Part shown: positions 1-11,707 of the stretch, piece after piece
Layout of the letters: each line of letters opens with the position of its first letter
Numbering within the stretch: the first letter of the stretch is position 1
Origin: Guillardia theta CCMP2712
Lineage: Eukaryota > Protista > Cryptophyta
DNA: 64,000 nt
Assembly (NCBI RefSeq): GCF_000315625.1
Contig: NW_005434480.1
Location: 19,342 to 83,341, forward strand
Direction: 5' to 3'
Translations under genes and position numbers: made by a program
The notes under the pieces: model-generated
What the model was told of the DNA's origin: nothing
Databases searched by the model: none
Seen by the model: only the letters and a program-made list of their open reading frames with translations

Positions 1-2717
1 AGTCTCTCCGAGGTACCGCAGCGCTTCCAGCTGCCCTCCAAGGCTGGCCGTCAGCGCACACGTCTTGCCTTCCGAGCTCTTCTCCTTCAGCAGCCCCTCT
101 CCGCAGGTCGCCTTGAGATAACGCAGCACCTTCAGCTGCCCTCCAGCACATGCCCCGTGTGCGCATGTCTCCCCATCATTGTTCTTCTCTCTCAGCAGCT
201 CCTCCCCGCACGCCTCCTTCAAGTAACGCAGGACGTCAACCTGACCTACTGCACTAGCCGCATGCGCACAAGTCAAGCCATCGTTATTCTTCTCCCTCAC
301 AAACTCCTTCAGTTTCTCCTTCCCACACTGAGCCTCCACGCTCTTCAGCACCTCCACATGTCCAGCCTCCACCGCCCAATGCCCGAAAGTCTTTCCTTTC
401 TTGTCCCTCGCCTTGAGGTCTGCTCCTGCCTCTATCAGCTCCTTCACGCTCCCGGCCCTCCCCAGCATCGCTGCCACATGCAATGCTGCCCTGCCATCCT
501 CCAACCGCGCATTCAAGTCGCACCCGGCGGCCTTCAGCACCGGGATCAGCTCCCCCTGCCCACGTACCACCGCTATGACTGTCGGGGGTTCAGTTTGCTC
601 GCCAGAGATTGACAGGCCAGAAATCTGGCACAGCCTCTTGCTCAGGTCTCGTCTGCTGTTCTCATCCGCTGCATTCAGCGAGCTGATCTGCTTCAGCAGG
701 CTCGCCATCGTCTTCCAGCAAACCGACTTCATCGTGTCTCTTGCAAGCTCGTCACATCGCTCGTCTCCTGTGGTGTCCTCAATCCAGTATCTGAGCTTGT
801 TGATCGCCATGTTCTTCATCGAGTTGTACAGGTCGATCGCATCTTTGAACTTCCAGTCGTCGTTGTACCACTCTGCATCCTTCTCCTTACTCACTTTAAC
901 GAGCTTCCAGCATTCATCCTTGATCGATCTCAGAAGCTTCTTGTAGTTGTTCAAAGAATCAGCAACTGCACTGCTCAGCCGCTCCTGGATCCTCGGCTCC
1001 CACTCCACCAGCTCTCGCTCTACCTCCCTCGCGATGTTCTCCATCAGCCCTACGTACAGCTGCTTCTTCTTCCCTAGCGTCTCTTCGATCGTCAAGCTCA
1101 TCGTGTTCGCGTTGATCTTCAGCTCCAGCACCTTCACCCGCCTCCCCTCTACCTCCCTGTACCGCGGCGTCTTCACCACCTCCAGGTACGACAGCGGCGG
1201 ATACAACATCTCCCCCTCCCCCGGATACTGAGACACAAACGTCAAGCTCGCCCCCCGGTCGATCGCCCCGCAGCTGATCTCGAACACGACCGACTCTCCC
1301 TCCTCCCCGGCGTACTGCATCGCCGTCCTGACGTCTGTCGTCGTGCTCAGCAGCCCGTACTCGACTCCTCCGGACACCCCGAGCTTGTCCTCGTTGAGGA
1401 AGCTCTCCGGCAGCTTGAGGCCCTTCAGTCCAATCCACACTTGCCGATCCTCCGGCAGAGGCGTGTGACGAGACAGCTTCACGACGCCGCTGACGATGCA
1501 GTGGATGGTCGTCGTGTACCTGTTTGCGACTTTGTCTGGGGCCCTGAGGGAGTTGTTATACTTGTCATACATCGGCCCTGTCACCATGTCAAGCTTGTCA
1601 GTCATCCCCGCCTCCTCCCTCCTCCCTCTCTCCCCTTCTTTGTCTCAGCCCATGCTCCTTCTCCCTCTCTCGCTATCTCTCTCTTACCTGTGTAGAGCTG
1701 CAGCGCGATCAGCTCCGCCTCCTGTAGCCCCGCCTTGATCGCCGTGTCCAGCGCCTTCAGCTCCTCCATCCCTCGGATCACCCGCGTCCCGTCCGACAGC
1801 CTCCGCCTCCTCTCCGGGTCTGTGACGTTGAGCCACTCCTCCTTGGCTGTCGTCGTGATCCCGTAGTTGCTCGTCGTGAACCCTTCCTCTGCGTCCTTGC
1901 CCTTGCAGTGCTCCTCCTCTATCGCCTTCATCAGCTCCGTCTGAGGTAGCCCGATCCGCTCCATCAGCCCCCCGTAGTACTCCTCGATCTTCCCGTACAC
2001 GGCCTCGCGTATCTCCCCGCTGCCTGTACCGTCTGACGCGTTCACCGCAAACTTGCTGTTGTGCGACGTCGGACTGTCTCCTCCCGCCCGCCCTCCTGCC
2101 TCCGCCGGCCTCCTCAGCGCCTCCTCGAGCCTCCTTGCTATCGCCGTCTGCCATAGAGCCGATAGAGCGCTCTCCGTCATCCCCTGTAGCCCCGCAAGAG
2201 GACTCGCCGCGCTCCCGCCGGGGATGCACTCCGCCATGACTCGGAGGATGTTGAGGTCGCCGAGGCTGCTGGCCTTGCGCTCGAGCTCCCACTCTCTTGC
2301 GACTCTGACCTCGTAGTCGTCGTACGTGAGCTTGTCAGGGCCTTCATGGGGCATGAGGGCCGACGCGTCTAGGCCAAGAGCGAAGCGAAGCTTGTTGTGG
2401 AGCTTGGAGGATGGCTGGGGGTTGTCGAATAGCTCGCGCAGAGCAGATTTGATCTCGTCGGTCAAACGCCATTCCCCGGCTCCCGATGGCCTCACCTGTG
2501 TCTTGTTTGATGGCTGAGTCGTAGGGCTGGAGATGCTTGACGGGATCGTCTTCACATTTCCTTGAGGGGCTGGGGGATCTTTGACAGTCTGCTTTCTCAG
2601 CGCGGCCTCGAGCTCTGAGATCCTTCTTGTCGCTTCCTCCAACCTCTTCTTGAGTAGCGAGTCATCATGACCGTCCTCGGGCTTCACTTTGGACGAGAAG
2701 CAGGGGAAGCAACTCAT
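1..2717 (-). CDS. ADP-ribosyltransferase (ARTC / R-S-E clade-like) + ankyrin-repeat protein, copy 1; two exons (2717-1688 and 1577-<1), 3' end runs off the window
   Basis: ATG at 2717 (MSCFPCFSSK). Splicing a GT-AG intron at 1687-1578 gives ELIALQLYTG|PMYDKYNNSLR...VWIGL...GLLSTTTD...SQYPGEGEMLYPP, containing the S-T-T and E-x-E ART motifs. The frame stays open to base 1 through ankyrin repeats (DGRAALHVAAMLG, DGLTCAHAASAVG, DGETCAHGACAGG). Confidence 0.85.
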
Positions 2718-2779
2718 GTCCCTTCCTCAGCCCAGGGAGAAACCTGCTACAGGAGCTTACATCAGCCGGCTTCAGATAT

Positions 2780-2851
2780 CTCTCCTCTCTTCCTCTCCCA
2801 TTCCCATTCCCTCCTTCTCTTTCCTTCCTTCCCTCCCCGCCCCCCTTCTAT

Positions 2852-2883
<32 letters not shown>

Positions 2884-2896
2884 GCTCTCGCTCTCG

Positions 2897-2933
<37 letters not shown>

Positions 2934-3150
2934 CTCTCCTCTCCTNNNNNNNNNNNNNNNNNNNNNNNNNNNNNNNNNNNNNNNNNNNNNNNNNNNNNNN
3001 NNNNNNNNNNNNNNNNNNNNNNNNNNNNNNNNNNNNNNNNNNNNNTCCTCTCCTCCCTCTCCTCTCCTCTCCTCTCCTCTCCTCTCCTCTCCTTCTCCTC
3101 TCCTCTCTCCTCTCCTCTCCTCTCCTCTCCTCTCCTCTCCTCTCCCTCCT
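2780..3150. repeat. CT/CTCCT microsatellite around an assembly gap (N 2946-3045)
   Basis: (CT)n, (CTCGCT)n and (CTCCT)n runs flanking 100 N. Confidence 0.95.
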
Positions 3151-4620
3151 CACATCTCTTTGTTGCCATATCCGTACCACCCTACCTAAAGCCACCCCCC
3201 TCACTGATACATCCTTCGCCGTACACCCCCCCCAATCACATAAAGTACCCCCACCCTTTCTATTGTTGTTGACTACCCCCTAGACATACAACCCCATCAT
3301 TTCTTTACAACGCGCCACGCCCCTTTAAAACACCACCCCCCTTTATCCCCATTGTTTCACCCCTCCTTCTCCTTTTTACAATCGGTTCTTCCGAATTACA
3401 CGCAACGGTCCTGTAAAGTAGGTGGGTAGTACCACCATTGTGCCAGAGTACCCCATGATTGCGCCTGCAATCGTGCATATCTACATAGGTAGGGTGTTCC
3501 AAAGATATGCCAGCCACCGGTGCTCTGTCCATATCATTTCTGAAAGTCACCCTCGGGCCCGGGAGTCGCCGGGCCCGCCGGATCAGGGCCCGGAGCCTCA
3601 GTGTCCCGACCCGGTGACAGACTCAGTGAGGCCCAGACTGAGCACCGCGTGACTGTCACTTGAGAAGTTCACGACGGTACTGTTGCGTGTTTGTTCAAGC
3701 GGAGCTCCAGACCGTACGGTCTACTGTGACTGGATGCCGTGCCATGATGCTGACCCGGCAGTGTCGGAGTGACGTGATGACAGTAAGCTGAAATGCTTAA
3801 CTTGGCTGAAATGCTTAACTTGGTGTGTTGTGATGATTACGAGTGTGATTTTAGTTCATTCCTTGATCATCGGAACCGGTCTCAGGCCCGGAGCCTCTGA
3901 TCAGTGTGACTCCAGGAGCACTGAGCACTCTCGCGACGCTGTTGACGGGTCAGAGAGTCGAAGGAACTACAAAGAGACTAAAGTCACAATGCGCCCACTC
4001 GTTGGCGACTGAGTTGGCCGAGACAGTACGGTACGGTCTGAGTAGCGGTAACGAGAGTCGCCACTCGGCTTCGCAGTTTGCCTTTCGGCCCAACTCTGAC
4101 CGTTGAGCTGACGGTCCAGTCACAAGTTGGGCATCATCGTACTCCGCTGAGAAGCTGCTACGAGAGCACGGAGAACAAGTAGTTGTATCATCTATCATCT
4201 GATGCCTGTATCAATGATGCTGGGCCGGGAGTCGAGCCAGGTGGTGACCGTACGTGGAAGGAACGGAAGGGAAACGAGTACGAGACGCGAGTCAAGGGAG
4301 AGAAGAGAAAAGAGAGAAGGAGAGTCGATGGCTCCGGCGATGGCGGAGATCATGATGAGGCGTACACGATGCTGATCTCTCATCAGCCGGAGGTGCAACG
4401 AAGCCAATCAAGGAGGGAGGAATATTTGCTATCACCCAGCTGGCAAGGACCATCGATCCAGTGGGGTGTGGCTATAAAGGAAAAAGCATGCAACGAGCTG
4501 CAGAGCTGGTCTGAGAGGACAAGGCAGCAAGATCAGACGACAACTTCTTGAGAAAGGTGGAATCAGGCGATCGTATTGACAGCCATGCACGACTTCGCTA
4601 CCTGCAACAAGGTACAGGAA

Positions 4621-5370
4621 GCCATGAAGACTGATGGCATGTAGACTGACGCCATGAAGACTGATGGCATGTAGACTGACGCCATGTAGACTGACGGCAT
4701 GAAGACTGATGGCATGTAGACTGACGGCATGAAGACTGACGGTGCATGAAGACTGACGGCATGAAGACTGAAGCCATGTAGACTGACGCCATGAAGACTG
4801 ACGGCATGTAGACTGACGGCATGAAGACTGATGGCATGTAGACTGACGCCATGAAGACTGACGGCATGAAGACTGATGGCATGTAGACTGACGGCATGAA
4901 GACTGACGGTGCATGAAGACTGACGGCATGAAGACTGATGGCATGTAGACTGACGGCATGAAGACCAAAGGCATGAAGACTGACGGTGCATGAAGACTGA
5001 CGGCATGAAGACTGAAGCCATGTAGACTGACGCCATGAAGACTGACGGCATGAAGACTGATGGCATGTAGACTGACGGCATGAAGACTGACGGTGCATGA
5101 AGACTGACGGCATGAAGACTGAAGCCATGTAGACTGACGCCATGAAGACTGACGGCATGTAGACTGACGGCATGAAGACTGATGGCATGTAGACTGACGG
5201 CATGAAGACTGATGGCATGAAGACTGACGGTGCATGAAGACTGACGGCATGAAGACTGAAGCCATGTAGACTGACGCCATGAAGACTGACGCCATGAAGA
5301 CTGACGGCATGTAGACTGACGGCATGTAGACTGAAGGCATGAAGACTGACGGCATGTAGACTGAGGGCAT
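4621..5370. repeat. 15-bp minisatellite (G[GC]CATG[AT]AGACTGA[CTA])n, ~50 units, with occasional 17-bp GGTGCATG variants
   Basis: Directly visible tandem array. It produces the MPSVF / SLHAV / RQSSC pseudo-ORFs. Confidence 0.95.
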
Positions 5371-6079
5371 GATGGAGTCTCCCAAATACACTGACATGCG
5401 CTCCTTGCTAGCTACGACGAGATCAGGGACAAGATCGGAAAGACAGGAGGCATGGAGGCTGTAATGCCAGCCAGGAGATACAGGAGCGAGCATGCGAGGC
5501 GCTGATGAGCATTCAAGGGCCTTGCAGAGGCTCGGAGGCAGAGGGAATCGAAAAGGCCAGGCATGAGCGCTTGATACTGAGCTGGTACTCTACACTGTCC
5601 AAAGATCCAGGTGGACTTCGGAACGAGAACCTTGAACTAGTCTCGACGTCCTTCCGCACGGTTCACGACTCTCCCAGTCCCAGTCTTGCACAGACGTGAT
5701 GAACTGACTGTCAGTCGCCGAACTCGGAACGCACTCGCCGGGCCCCGGGACACCCGGGCCGGGTAGAGGTACTCAGGCACGGTCACCGGCGCCCTGGATC
5801 CTTCCGCCCCCCAGTATGTGTCCCAAGCGATCAGTACGTGGACCGCCGACAATCAGGAGACTCAGTAGAGGAGGCTTGACCCTGCCACACTCTACGGTCG
5901 CGCAGGCCATACGGTGAGAAGAGAAAAGACAGATACCTTCACTTACCTTCGCCGTCCCAACAGAGGAGGCAACTGACGCAGTTATATGTTGAGACACAAG
6001 CCTGCCCTGATGAAACAAACGTGCGGCGGATCATGTTTCCGATCTGATGGTTGGTTGTTGCCCGTACGGTCATAGTAAA

Positions 6080-6270
6080 ACCCTAACTCCTCTTAAACCT
6101 CGTCTTAATAGCATTGACTCCCCTTAATAGCAGACTCCTCTTAATAACATTAACAAACTCCTCTTACTATTAATAACACAGGCTAACTCCCCTTAATAAA
6201 CCCTCTAAATAACATTAACCCCCCTTAATAACATTAACCCCCCCTTAATAACAATAACTCCCTTTAATCA
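6080..6270. repeat. AT-rich degenerate tandem repeat (CCCTTAATAACATTAA-like)
   Basis: Recurrent CTTAATA(A/G)CA motifs in an AT-rich island. Confidence 0.7.
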
Positions 6271-6641
6271 CCTCAGCTAATTCTCTACCGCTGTCTGGCT
6301 GGCACACCGGATATCATGGTCTTCACTGGCCCTACCCCATTCTCCGTTACGCTCTGTAACCGACATGTCATATCAAGCGCCGAAGCTCGGCTCGGCTGTG
6401 GTAAAAATGTCACGAGGGCTCCGCGAGTTGACTTTTGACCGTCATCTCAGTACCAGAAGCTTTACTCAACCGCAGCAAGATATCAATCTAAGACGTGGGT
6501 CATACTACGGGTCCTAGCTGACAACCTCCCGTAGGACTTTACGTTTGAAACTTTTCAAGTCTCCTCTCCTCGCGGCAGCTTGTCCCTGTCCCTCTCTTCC
6601 CCTGCCCCTGTCTCTCTCTCTGCCCCTCCTCCCTGTTCTAC

Positions 6642-6727
6642 CCCTGCCTGCTCCCCGCACGCGTGTTCCTCGCTCCCTGCCTGCTCCCCGCACGCGTGTT
6701 CCTCGCTCCCTGCCTGCTCCCCGCACG
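6642..6727. repeat. 32-bp tandem repeat, ~2.7 copies
   Basis: CCTGCCTGCTCCCCGCACGCGTGTTCCTCGCT repeated; a single copy also occurs near 11708. Confidence 0.85.
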
Positions 6728-6904
6728 CCCCTACAGACCCCACCTCACAGCCTATGCTTGCCCGACCTGTCAAGTCCCTCTAGTCCCCTCCCGTACTGCC
6801 CATGACTGTCCAAAGACAGAGAGTCGCAGCAGGCTCTGGCCGCTTTCTGACTGGGTCGCAGAGCTGACTCGACGTCTCGGCTAGCAGCTAGGGGACAGCA
6901 TCCA

Positions 6905-9363
6905 ATGACTTGTGCTCGCGACGACTCTCAGGTATGTCCTCCAGACCCCTCGCGTTGCATCCTCATGCGAGCATACCAGAGCCTCGCACGCTCACACGCT
7001 GCCTCCAAGCAGACAACTCTGCCTGGAGCTGACATCGGCGACTATCTGGTGAAGGCCATGATGACTGGCATGGCCGTGCAATGTCATGAATAGCTTACTA
7101 GCCATGTACAGAACATCGCTATGAGCTCGCTGGTGGAAAGCGTCTCGAGAGCGATCAGCCCGATCTTGGTAGCGTTACACGTCTCGACATGGCCTCAGCA
7201 TGTGACGTCCTTGCAGACCAATGACGTCGACAAGCAGCAGCCGAGGAAGCATCCCGATCTCAGACTAGACATGTCAGGTCATCAGTGCTTGCAGCGTCCG
7301 AGCCCGACGAGTCTGACTCTACCTCTCCGCAGAAGCAAGCTCGCCCGAAGACACGCCCAGCCAACGCCATGCCGAAGCGCCTGTAAGACCCGACGCTCCC
7401 TTGTTGCCGAGCTTCACGGCCGGCGGGAGACGCAAGTCAGCTCTGCGATTGTCGACGCCTCCCTCTCCGCACAGCTCCAGCCTGCCGTCTCCGGTGGGGA
7501 AGAAATCGATCCGCTTCATGGACGACCAAGCCCCGCAAGCCCCGCAAGCTCCAAGGTCCCCCATATCGTCTGCGAGCTCAGCGTGTGCCGAGTCCCGTGC
7601 ATCAGACCAGCGCATTGCGCGGTATGGGGCACCGCAGCCTTGTAAAGCAGACAAGAGCAGGAAGGCTAGGCAAGACCCTACGATCGCCGCCAGCTCCAGC
7701 GCCGTCGCTGGTCAACGTCGGGCTGAGGTGAGATGGGCTGGGAGCTCCGGGCCTGCGATGGCTTATCTTGCTGATCGAGCAGGCGGACGAGTGGTGGGCG
7801 AGGGTCAACTCGAGCGCGCAGCTGACACGAGAAGCCAAACAAGCAGTCCAGCTCCACGCTGACCAGGTGATGCAGCAGGCGACATCTTGCTTGCTGGCAA
7901 GTGACCGGCTTGTAGGCGCGGATGAGGTCTACGAAGAGTCGCTTGGCTGATCATCGATCGTCTCTGAGCATGCCAGACCGGCACCTGATGGAGATAGCGA
8001 TGCAGAGTGGGAGGCGATATAGCGATACAGCATTCTTGCACTGATTGGTAGACAGGGGAGTAGTAAAGGGTGGAAAAGCTCGGTTTGTTAGCGCTAAGTT
8101 AGCAGAGATGACAGGGGTCGTTGTTAGCAAGAGTAGGCTGTTTTGTGTGGTTCTCTCAATTAAATCGAGCACGGATTGAACGAGACAATCTGCTTGCTAA
8201 GTTCAAATCTGTTACGCCTCGAAGCTTCACGGGTCGCAGACGTCTACAGCAAATGCTCAAGGCATCTCCGCAGGTTGACACACAAAGGTGAAGAGTAGAG
8301 ACATGAAGTTTATTTGATAACACCAACACACTATCAATTCATTGCACACACAGCAAGGGAAAGGACAGACCACCTTAGCAGTTGTTGACGATCCTTTTAT
8401 AGTCGAGGGGAACCACCAGGGGTGGTGAGGCTCCTCCCGCACGAGCGAGCATCCCTCGTGCGTCCGCTTAGATCTGCTGCCTGCTCCTCGAGGTTCATCC
8501 AATCGTACCGGTACAGCAGATACCTCCCGTAATTTGCACACTCTGTCGTCCAACAGGGGTCGACTTCAGAGCCCCAGTAGCCGTTAGAGCCCTTGCTGCC
8601 TTCATGGCTGTACGAGAAGACCGTAGCTTCTCTTCCTGCCAACTCCTGCTCAATACTATTCGTTCCTGCGGAGGCTTGAGCTGACCTTGGCAGAGCTCTG
8701 AAAAAAGCTCAATGCTCTTACGCTGTTGGAAGGTTGGATCATTCGAGATAATGTCAGATCTTCACTTCTGTCTACCAGAAAGATATTTTTTGTGCTCTTG
8801 CAGGTCAAAACATGTCCTCATTTCCAGCACCACCTTGTGCAAGTAACCACTCTGCGCTCATCGAATCTCTCCGCGCTTGTGTTAACAAACAAAGATATGA
8901 TCTGGATCGTCTTCTCCCTCTAGGTTGATGACATGGCAAATCCGTCAAGCGATCTACCGGCTGTGCTCCATTCGAGCTTCTCTACGTGAGAAGCGTTAAG
9001 TTTCCTCTCCCGCCGACATATCCATCTGAAGAGACCCTGACGCAATCATGAAGATATGGATGTCTGGTGCACATGCAACAGGCGATGTCATTTGTCTCAC
9101 TGCTGGATCAACAGAGCAACAGCTTAACTAGCGATGTCGCCCTCGTACCTTCAAGATTGAAGATCAGGTTTGGATTTGAACAGCTGACATTTCAATCCAA
9201 GATCAGACCCTTCAACACAGTCCAAGTCAAATTGAAATCTCTAGTCAGTTCACTTCGGATGATTCTGACTGACTTGAGCATTCTTCAGCAAAATCTTACA
9301 ACAGATGGAACAGAGTTGTCGACCACCTTGTCTTGTAGGTCTCTCACAGCTATCATGGAGTGA
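6905..9363 (+). CDS. Probable multi-exon gene of unknown function (most complete copy of a triplicated segment)
   Basis: Phase-0 GT-AG introns at 7728-7782 and 7867-7915 join RRAE|ADEWWARVNSSAQLTREAKQAVQLHADQ|ARMRSTKSRL in frame. Further exon-like stretches run to ~9363. No recognisable domain; exon structure and ends are uncertain. Confidence 0.4.
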
Positions 9364-9971
9364 GATCATGCCATGGGCCTCCTCTTGTACATCATTCCAT
9401 CACTCGTGCAAATCGTACCTGTGACAGCTCGCTCTCTTCCTACCTCTCTCGCCTACTTACCCGCTACATCAGATCTCTCTCCCTGCTGACTTCGCTGCAG
9501 CGCAACTTCGTTACTACCGTTACAACTAGTATCCGGCTTTCTGCCCCCACCAGGCCCAGTTACTTCCGCTTTGGTATAGGCCTTCTTTAAAATGACCATC
9601 AAGTACCAGAAGATTTACTCAATGATCCACTGATATGTCGCCCCTTCCGCCTCTACCGGCCGATTCGGCCCCCGCGGTGTCATCAATCACGAGATGGCGG
9701 CTACTTTATTGCCAAGAGACGTCTTTTCGATCTTGATCACGTGGACCACCTTTCAATGACCATCTCGTACCAGAAGCTTCACTCAACCGAAACAAGATAT
9801 CAATCCAGGGTCGTGTGAGGGAAGCTACTTTGGTCCTATGGCCCTACCCTACCAGGTTCTAGCTAGCACGAGACTGATATCTTTACCCCTTCCCCCTCCT
9901 CTCCAGTTTAACCCTAGAACGCGTGTTCCTCGCTCTGCCGCAGAACCCACGACACTGCTTGCCCCTCAGCC

Positions 9972-11360
9972 ACAGCATCCAATGACTTGTGCTCGCGACG
10001 ACTCTCAGGTATGTCCTACAGACCCCTCGCGTTGCATCCTCATGCGAGCATACCAGACCCTCGCACGCTCACACGCTGCCTCCAAGCAGACAACTCCGCC
10101 TGGAGCTGACATCGGCGACTATCTGGTGAAGGCCATGATGACTGGCATGGCCGTGAGCTCGCTGGTGGAAAGCGTCTCGAGAGCGATCAGCCCGATCTTG
10201 GTAGCGTTACACATCTCGACATGGCCTCAGCATGTGACGTCCTTGCAGACCAATGACGTCGACAAGCAGCAGCCGAGGAAGCATCCGGAGCATCTGACAA
10301 TCAGACTAGACATGTCAGGTCATCAGTGCTTGCAGCGTCCGAGCCCGACGAGTCTGACTCTACCTCTCCGCAGAAGCAAGCTCGCCCGAAGACACGCCCA
10401 GCCAACGCCATGCCGAAGCGGCTGTAAGACCCGACGCTCCCTTGTTGCCGAGCTTCACGGCCGGCGGGAGACGCAAGTCAGCTCTGCGATTGTCGACGCC
10501 TCCCTCTCCGCACAGCTCCAGCCTGCCGTCTCCGGTGGGGAAGAAATCGATCCGCTTCATGGACGACCAAGCCCCGCAAGCCCCGCAAGCTCCAAGGTCC
10601 CCCATATCGTCTGCGAGCTCAGCGCGTGCCGAGTCCCGTGCATCAGACCAGCGCATTGCGCGGTATGGGGCACCGCAGCCTTGTAAAGCAGACAAGAGCA
10701 GGAAGGCTAGGCAAGACCCTACGATCGCCGCCAGCTCCAGCGCCGTCGCTGGTCAACGTCGGGCTGAGGTGAGATGGGCTGGGAGCTCCGGGCCTGCGAT
10801 GGCTTATCTTGCTGATCGAGCAGGCGGACGAGTGGTGGGCAAGGGTCAACTCGAGCGCGCAGCTGACACGAGAAGCCAAACAAGCAGTCCAGCTCCACGC
10901 TGACCAGGTGATGCAGCAGGCGACATCTTGCTTGCTGGCAAGTGACCGGCTTGTAGGCGCGGATGAGGTCTACGAAGAGTCGCTTGGCTGATCATCGATC
11001 GTCTCTGAGCATGCCAGACCGGCACCTGATGGAGATAGCGATGCAGAGTGGGAGGCGATATAGCGATACAGTATTCTTGCACTGATTGGTAGACAGGGGA
11101 GTAGTAAAGGGTGTGAAAGCGCTGCAGTTTTGATTGTACATGTATAGAAGGGAATGTTCTTGCAAGAGTATAAAATGTACAAGTGTGTAAACGAGTGGAT
11201 GAGTGAAAAACATTGGAAAAGAAAGCTCTTTTACTTGTATGGGTTTTCTCATCATAAGCTATACGCCGAAAATGTGTTTTGATGATGTCTGCTCAGGAAG
11301 AAGAACTGATGGCAAATGTGATATCTGAAAACCAACGATGAAACCAAGGAATGACTGAAT
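9972..11360 (+). repeat. Direct duplicate (copy 2) of the 6895-8071 segment; probable 5'-only pseudogene
   Basis: Near-identical to 6895-8071 (same MTCARDDSQ.../MLPSFTAGG... ORFs). Shares an AT-richer 3' extension with copy 3. Confidence 0.9.
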
Positions 11361-11707
11361 GTCTTGATTTCAAGAATTTGAATGTTTCTTCTTCCTTACT
11401 ACCTATGTATTTTGATTCTTAGAATTTGAATCATTGTTACCGCAACTTGATCACACTCCTTGACCTATTCTGTCCATGAGTGATTCATTAGCACGTGACT
11501 AATCACGAGCTCGTAACGTGACTGCAAAACAGCAAAAAGACTTCATTTCGAGCTGCTGACAGTCAATAATTACCATACAGAGCCGTTGCAGGATGTTTAC
11601 TCAACTGCATATCAACATTCTTTTAGTCCATCCTTCCACCTTGTCCTACCTGCATGGCCCTACTTGTCCATTCTCCCTGCCCCTGCCCATGACTCCATGG
11701 CCCTGGC

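Noticed and set aside
2667-3272. ER-rich and LS-rich ORFs here, and the X-filled ORFs at 54041-55046
   Set aside because: Artefacts of CT microsatellites and N gaps.
4432-5493. MPSVF/SLHAV repeat proteins
   Set aside because: These are translations of a minisatellite in all frames, with no independent coding evidence.
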